Shown piece by piece: positions 59,942-64,000 of a stretch of DNA of 64,000 nt. The stretch is from Nitrosarchaeum sp. Its GTDB lineage: Archaea > Thermoproteota > Nitrososphaeria > Nitrososphaerales > Nitrosopumilaceae. A model generated the notes under the pieces. It was not told the DNA's origin and searched no databases. It was given only the letters and a program-made list of their open reading frames with translations. A program made the position numbers and the translations under genes. Where the stretch lies: the NCBI GenBank assembly GCA_965223865.1, contig OZ245020.1:1312001-1376000 (forward strand), given 5' to 3'. Numbering within the stretch: the stretch's first letter is position 1; each line of letters begins with the position of its first letter.

Positions 59942-60697
59942 TTATGGGAATTTTGTTAATACTGCAGCATAACTTGCAAATCGATGGTTTTTGGGTTTTA
60001 CTGATTTTTGATGATATTTTGAGACAGTCTTTCCTGTGGCTCCGTTTAAACCTAATGGACCTTTTACAAACTTGTGTTTATTTGCCCAGGACAAAACTTC
60101 ATCATTTGGACTAAAGTAGTTTGTTATTTTTTTAGAGACTATCATGTCAAGTAACCTTCCATATTTTTTTGAAGAAGGTATGTCTTCAGTTATTGAGGCA
60201 CCAAAAAAATAAACACTCTCAATAATTCCTTTGTTTTGAGGTTTTTTTGATAGATGTTCTATTGTACTTAAGATAACCTGTGAGCCCAAAGAGTGGCCCA
60301 TTAATCGGATTTTAGTTTGTGGGTTTTCTTTTTTGAAATCCTGTATGAATAAGGAAAGATTACGACCGTTTTTCTTTGCAATTAATTGTCCTGCAGCAAG
60401 CGAACGCTTTGCATATTTTAGCAAGTGTGCTCCCTTAGTGTTGGAATCATAACTATATCCAATTATCGGAAAAGAGTACCCCAGACGTTTTAATCTATTT
60501 CTTGCAATTACTACTTTAGCAATAGATCCTTCATTGTTGTTTCTCAAACCATGAATCATTATAGTTAATTCTTTTGTTCCAGTTAATTTTTCAAATTCTT
60601 TTTTTGGATATAAAAAATATGACTTTTTTTTCAAGGTTTTTCCATGAGTCAAATCATAATAACCTCTAGTTGAGATACGTGGAATATTTTTTTTCAT
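59942..60697 (-). CDS. alpha/beta hydrolase (DUF726/DUF900-like)
   Basis: IHG, GHSLG, N..S..D.VL. Confidence 0.8.
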   Translation of the reverse strand: MKKNIPRISTRGYYDLTHGKTLKKKSYFLYPKKEFEKLTGTKELTIMIHGLRNNNEGSIAKVVIARNRLKRLGYSFPIIGYSYDSNTKGAHLLKYAKRSLAAGQLIAKKNGRNLSLFIQDFKKENPQTKIRLMGHSLGSQVILSTIEHLSKKPQNKGIIESVYFFGASITEDIPSSKKYGRLLDMIVSKKITNYFSPNDEVLSWANKHKFVKGPLGLNGATGKTVSKYHQKSVKPKNHRFASYAAVLTKFP

Positions 60698-60698
60698 T

Positions 60699-62351
60699 TT
60701 ATTGTGGACCTAATTGTTTTTTGTATTTTTCAATATCTGATTTTTCAACTTTGCTAAATAATGGTGCTGATTCCCCTAATCTATGACCTATCATTACATC
60801 TAGATTTGAAAGTTCATCCCATGAAATATCCCGGATATTTCCTTCAAATCCTAATTGGTCCCAAATTTTTTGAGAAGACTCTGGAATGAATGAAAAAACG
60901 GCTATTGCTAAACTTCTTACAGCATTAACTGACAAGAAAACACAGTTTTCCGTGCCTGGCCCTTTCTTCCAGGGTTCCTTATGTTGGAAATATTGATTAA
61001 AAAACGATGAAAATTCCATTATTTTCTTGAGTGCTCTATCCAAGTGGTTCTGTTGCATAAGATCACCTACTGCAGAAGAGAGACTCGTTATCTTGTTTAG
61101 CGCTTCTTTGTCTTGTTCATCATAATTTCCAGATTCTGGAATGATTCCATCAAAGGATTTTTTTGTAAATCCCAATGCACGATTAACAAAATTTCCAAGA
61201 TTTCCAATTAACTCAGAGTTTATTTTAGTTGTAAACTCATCCCAATCAAAATTCAAATCATCTTGAGAATATGGATTGATTGAAACAAGATAGTATCTCA
61301 AATAATCAGCAGGATAATAATTTAGAAATTCTTTTAATCCAATATACCAATTTCTGCTTTTTGATATTTTTTTAGATTGTAACGTCAAGTGGCCTCGAGT
61401 TGGAATATAGTCAGGAAGTTTATACTCGCTGTTTATACCTAAACGCATTGCAGGTAAGAAAAGATAGTGATGATAAACAATGTCTTTGCCAATAAAGTGA
61501 TAAACGTCTGCAGAGTTCCAAAACTCCTTTCCATTAATTCCCTTATCATTCAAAAACTTTAGAGCAGTTGAAATGTATGCCAAATGATTATCAAACCATC
61601 CATAGAAAACTTTGCCTTTGGCCTCATCAAGAGGTATTGGAACTCCCCATGAAATATCTCTTGTTATATCCCAATCAATTAATCCAGATTTTATCCAGTT
61701 TTGTACATATTTTTTTACATCTTTTTGAAGATGAGGGTTTTCTTCTAACCATTGAGATAAAGAATCTCCAAAGTTTTTAAGTTTGAAAAAATAATGTACT
61801 GTTTTTTCTTTAGTTGGAGTTTGACCACATATTGAGCATTTGGGATTTGATATTTCTTCAGGAACTCGTCCGCATCTTTCACACAGATCTGAGTATTGGT
61901 CTTCTGCTTGACAATAAGGACATGTTCCTTTTACGTATCTATCAGGCAGGAATTTTTTGTCATTGCTACAGTAAAATTGGATGATTTCTTTTTCATATAT
62001 GTGGCCTGCCTCATTTAGTTTTTTGAAAACATCTTGAACAAATTCGATGTTTTCAGTAGAACTTGTCTTGTAGAAATAATCAAATCCGATATTAAAGGCT
62101 GTAAAATCATCATAATCTCGCTTATTCCAATAGGCAACATATTCAGAGGGGCTTTTTCCTTCTTTTTCTGATTGAATCAAAATCGGTGTCCCAAAATCAT
62201 CTGAAGCACAAACATAGTATGCCTCTACGCCCTTTTGTTTTAGGAATCTTGTTGTTACATCTGCTGGAAGGTATGTTGAGGCAACATGTCCAAGGTGGAT
62301 CTCACCATTTGCATATGGTAAGGCACTTGTGATTATTGCTTTATTACTCAT
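60699..62351 (-). CDS. metG: methionine--tRNA ligase
   Basis: ALPYANG.IHLGH (HIGH), Zn knuckles, GKDI..HH, KISKS. Confidence 0.96.
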   Translation of the reverse strand: MSNKAIITSALPYANGEIHLGHVASTYLPADVTTRFLKQKGVEAYYVCASDDFGTPILIQSEKEGKSPSEYVAYWNKRDYDDFTAFNIGFDYFYKTSSTENIEFVQDVFKKLNEAGHIYEKEIIQFYCSNDKKFLPDRYVKGTCPYCQAEDQYSDLCERCGRVPEEISNPKCSICGQTPTKEKTVHYFFKLKNFGDSLSQWLEENPHLQKDVKKYVQNWIKSGLIDWDITRDISWGVPIPLDEAKGKVFYGWFDNHLAYISTALKFLNDKGINGKEFWNSADVYHFIGKDIVYHHYLFLPAMRLGINSEYKLPDYIPTRGHLTLQSKKISKSRNWYIGLKEFLNYYPADYLRYYLVSINPYSQDDLNFDWDEFTTKINSELIGNLGNFVNRALGFTKKSFDGIIPESGNYDEQDKEALNKITSLSSAVGDLMQQNHLDRALKKIMEFSSFFNQYFQHKEPWKKGPGTENCVFLSVNAVRSLAIAVFSFIPESSQKIWDQLGFEGNIRDISWDELSNLDVMIGHRLGESAPLFSKVEKSDIEKYKKQLGPQ

Positions 62352-62444
62352 TTAATATTGCCAATTTCATCAGATCTTAAGAAGTTTTGTAGATAATGTA
62401 TTTTGGAACTTTTCAAACTATTTTTGATTTGAAAAAAGACAGAG

Positions 62445-63686
62445 TTACCAGCTGTTCATGTATTTAATCTGCTCTGGGGTTAGCTTGTCAATCTTTACAT
62501 CCATTGCTTTTAAAGCATCAATGGCTACCTGTTTGTCAATTTCTTCAGGAACATTGATAATTTTGTTTTCCATTTTTTTATGGTTTTTAAGAATATACAT
62601 TATAGACAAAATTTGATTGGAAAATGATTGTGCCATTACTTCAGGAGGATGTCCTTCAGCTGCAACTAGATTTGCAAGTCTACCTTCGCCAATAAGATAT
62701 ACCCGTTTATTGTTTTTCAGAGTACATTCATCCAGACTAGGTCTTACTCTTTTTACTGATTTTGAATGTTTTAGTAAAAATTTACTATCAATCTCCACAT
62801 CAAAGTGGCCAACATTTCCCATTACAGCGCCTTCCTTCATTTGTAAGATGTGTTCTTTTCGAATTACACTAGTCATTCCAGTACATGTGATAAAGATGTC
62901 GCCGATTTTTGCAGCTTGAGCCATTGGCATCACCTCAAATCCATCCATATGTGCTTCAAGTGCTTTAACAGGATCAACCTCTGTAACAATTACCTTAGAA
63001 CCCATTCCATGACATCTTGAGGCAACACCACGTCCTACCCATCCATAACCTACAACAACAACTTTTTTTGATGCCAACAATAGGTTCATTGCTCTGAGAT
63101 AACCATCAATTGTACTTTGACCAGTACCATATCTGTTGTCAAACATGTGTTTTGTGTAGGCTTCATTTACTAAAATGACGGGATATCGTAGTTTACCTTG
63201 ATTCTCAACTGCTCTAATTCTGGTGACTCCAGCTGTTGTCTCTTCAGTAGCTCCAAAAATCTTCAATGATCTAAACCTCTTATCAAAATGAGCTTTGATA
63301 TTCATATCAGCTCCATCATCAGTTAGGATAGAGGGCTTGTGCTTCAAAACCTGATCAATACACCAACTGTATTCTTTGACAGATTGTCCATGCCATGCAT
63401 AAACATGAATTCCTTGTGAGGCCAAAAAGGCAGCAATATTATCTTGTGTTGTAAGGGGATTTCCACCACAGCAAGCAACAGTTGCGCCAAGCTCTTTTGC
63501 ACCTAGTAAAAGCACAGAAGTTTCTTTGGTAATATGCAAACAAAATCCCAAGGTTATTCCTTTGAGAGGTTTTGATTTTTTAAGTCGATTGATTGTATTA
63601 TCTAAAATTTGCATATGGGATCTGGCCCATTCATAGGATAGCTTTCCTTCTTTGATTAATTTAGAATTTGATTTTACCTTACTCAA
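62445..63686 (-). CDS. ahcY: adenosylhomocysteinase
   Basis: NPLTTQD, DDG.D, EETT.G, K..FDNRYGTGQS, GYGW.GRG, GHFD.EID, GRL.NL..AEGHP. Confidence 0.97.
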   Translation of the reverse strand: MSKVKSNSKLIKEGKLSYEWARSHMQILDNTINRLKKSKPLKGITLGFCLHITKETSVLLLGAKELGATVACCGGNPLTTQDNIAAFLASQGIHVYAWHGQSVKEYSWCIDQVLKHKPSILTDDGADMNIKAHFDKRFRSLKIFGATEETTAGVTRIRAVENQGKLRYPVILVNEAYTKHMFDNRYGTGQSTIDGYLRAMNLLLASKKVVVVGYGWVGRGVASRCHGMGSKVIVTEVDPVKALEAHMDGFEVMPMAQAAKIGDIFITCTGMTSVIRKEHILQMKEGAVMGNVGHFDVEIDSKFLLKHSKSVKRVRPSLDECTLKNNKRVYLIGEGRLANLVAAEGHPPEVMAQSFSNQILSIMYILKNHKKMENKIINVPEEIDKQVAIDALKAMDVKIDKLTPEQIKYMNSW

Positions 63687-63762
63687 TACGGAATTTCTTG
63701 TGGCAGATTATAAAATCCTATCATGCGAATCTAAATAAATGACAAACTTATCAAAAAATTAG

Positions 63763-64000
63763 ATGACATGGAAAAAGATTGCTGAAAAAGGAGAAATTGA
63801 TGCCGGTAAAGGCAAGGCCTTTAAAATTGATGGAAAACAAATTGCAATTTTTAATCAGAACGGATATCATGCTTTAGATGATCTTTGTGTACATCAAGAT
63901 GGCTCACTTGCACCCGGAAAACTTGATAATGATATTGTAGAGTGCCCTCTTCATTTTTGGCATTATAACATCAAGACTGGAGAATTGAAAGACTATCTAA
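63763..64000 (+). CDS. Rieske 2Fe-2S domain protein, partial (runs off window)
   Basis: MTWKKIA...; CVHQ and CPLH Rieske ligand motifs. Confidence 0.85.
   Translation, partial: MTWKKIAEKGEIDAGKGKAFKIDGKQIAIFNQNGYHALDDLCVHQDGSLAPGKLDNDIVECPLHFWHYNIKTGELKDYL

Overview
AT-rich archaeal DNA whose gene content points to a Nitrosopumilus-type ammonia-oxidising thaumarchaeote (thaumarchaeosortase, PEFG-CTERM cupredoxin, S25e, Rpo6, Alba, PolB1, PpdK, methylmalonyl-CoA enzymes). Both flanks (1-20.6 kb and 46.3-64 kb) are mostly housekeeping genes. A ~25.6 kb accessory region separates methylmalonyl-CoA epimerase from the mutase large subunit. The main finding lies inside it: an 11,723-bp element (25346-37068) bounded by 39-bp imperfect terminal inverted repeats starting GGGGATATAGTTAAG and flanked by a perfect 14-bp direct repeat (ATACACGTTGTGCT). 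This end structure matches casposons, but the element encodes no recognisable Cas1 or PolB. It carries only cargo: a sortase, hydrolases, a QueG/RdhA-like-SCP2 protein with an HxlR mini-regulon, and a TetR/flavin monooxygenase/serine hydrolase module. Directly left of the left repeat is a second, variant element end, with a decayed protein-primed PolB fragment 3 kb further left. On the right is a tRNA-T-arm-like leader motif. Together these suggest a polarised tandem array of casposon-derived, non-autonomous cargo elements. The repeats are read directly from the sequence; the casposon assignment and all protein family calls come from motif recognition without database searches.
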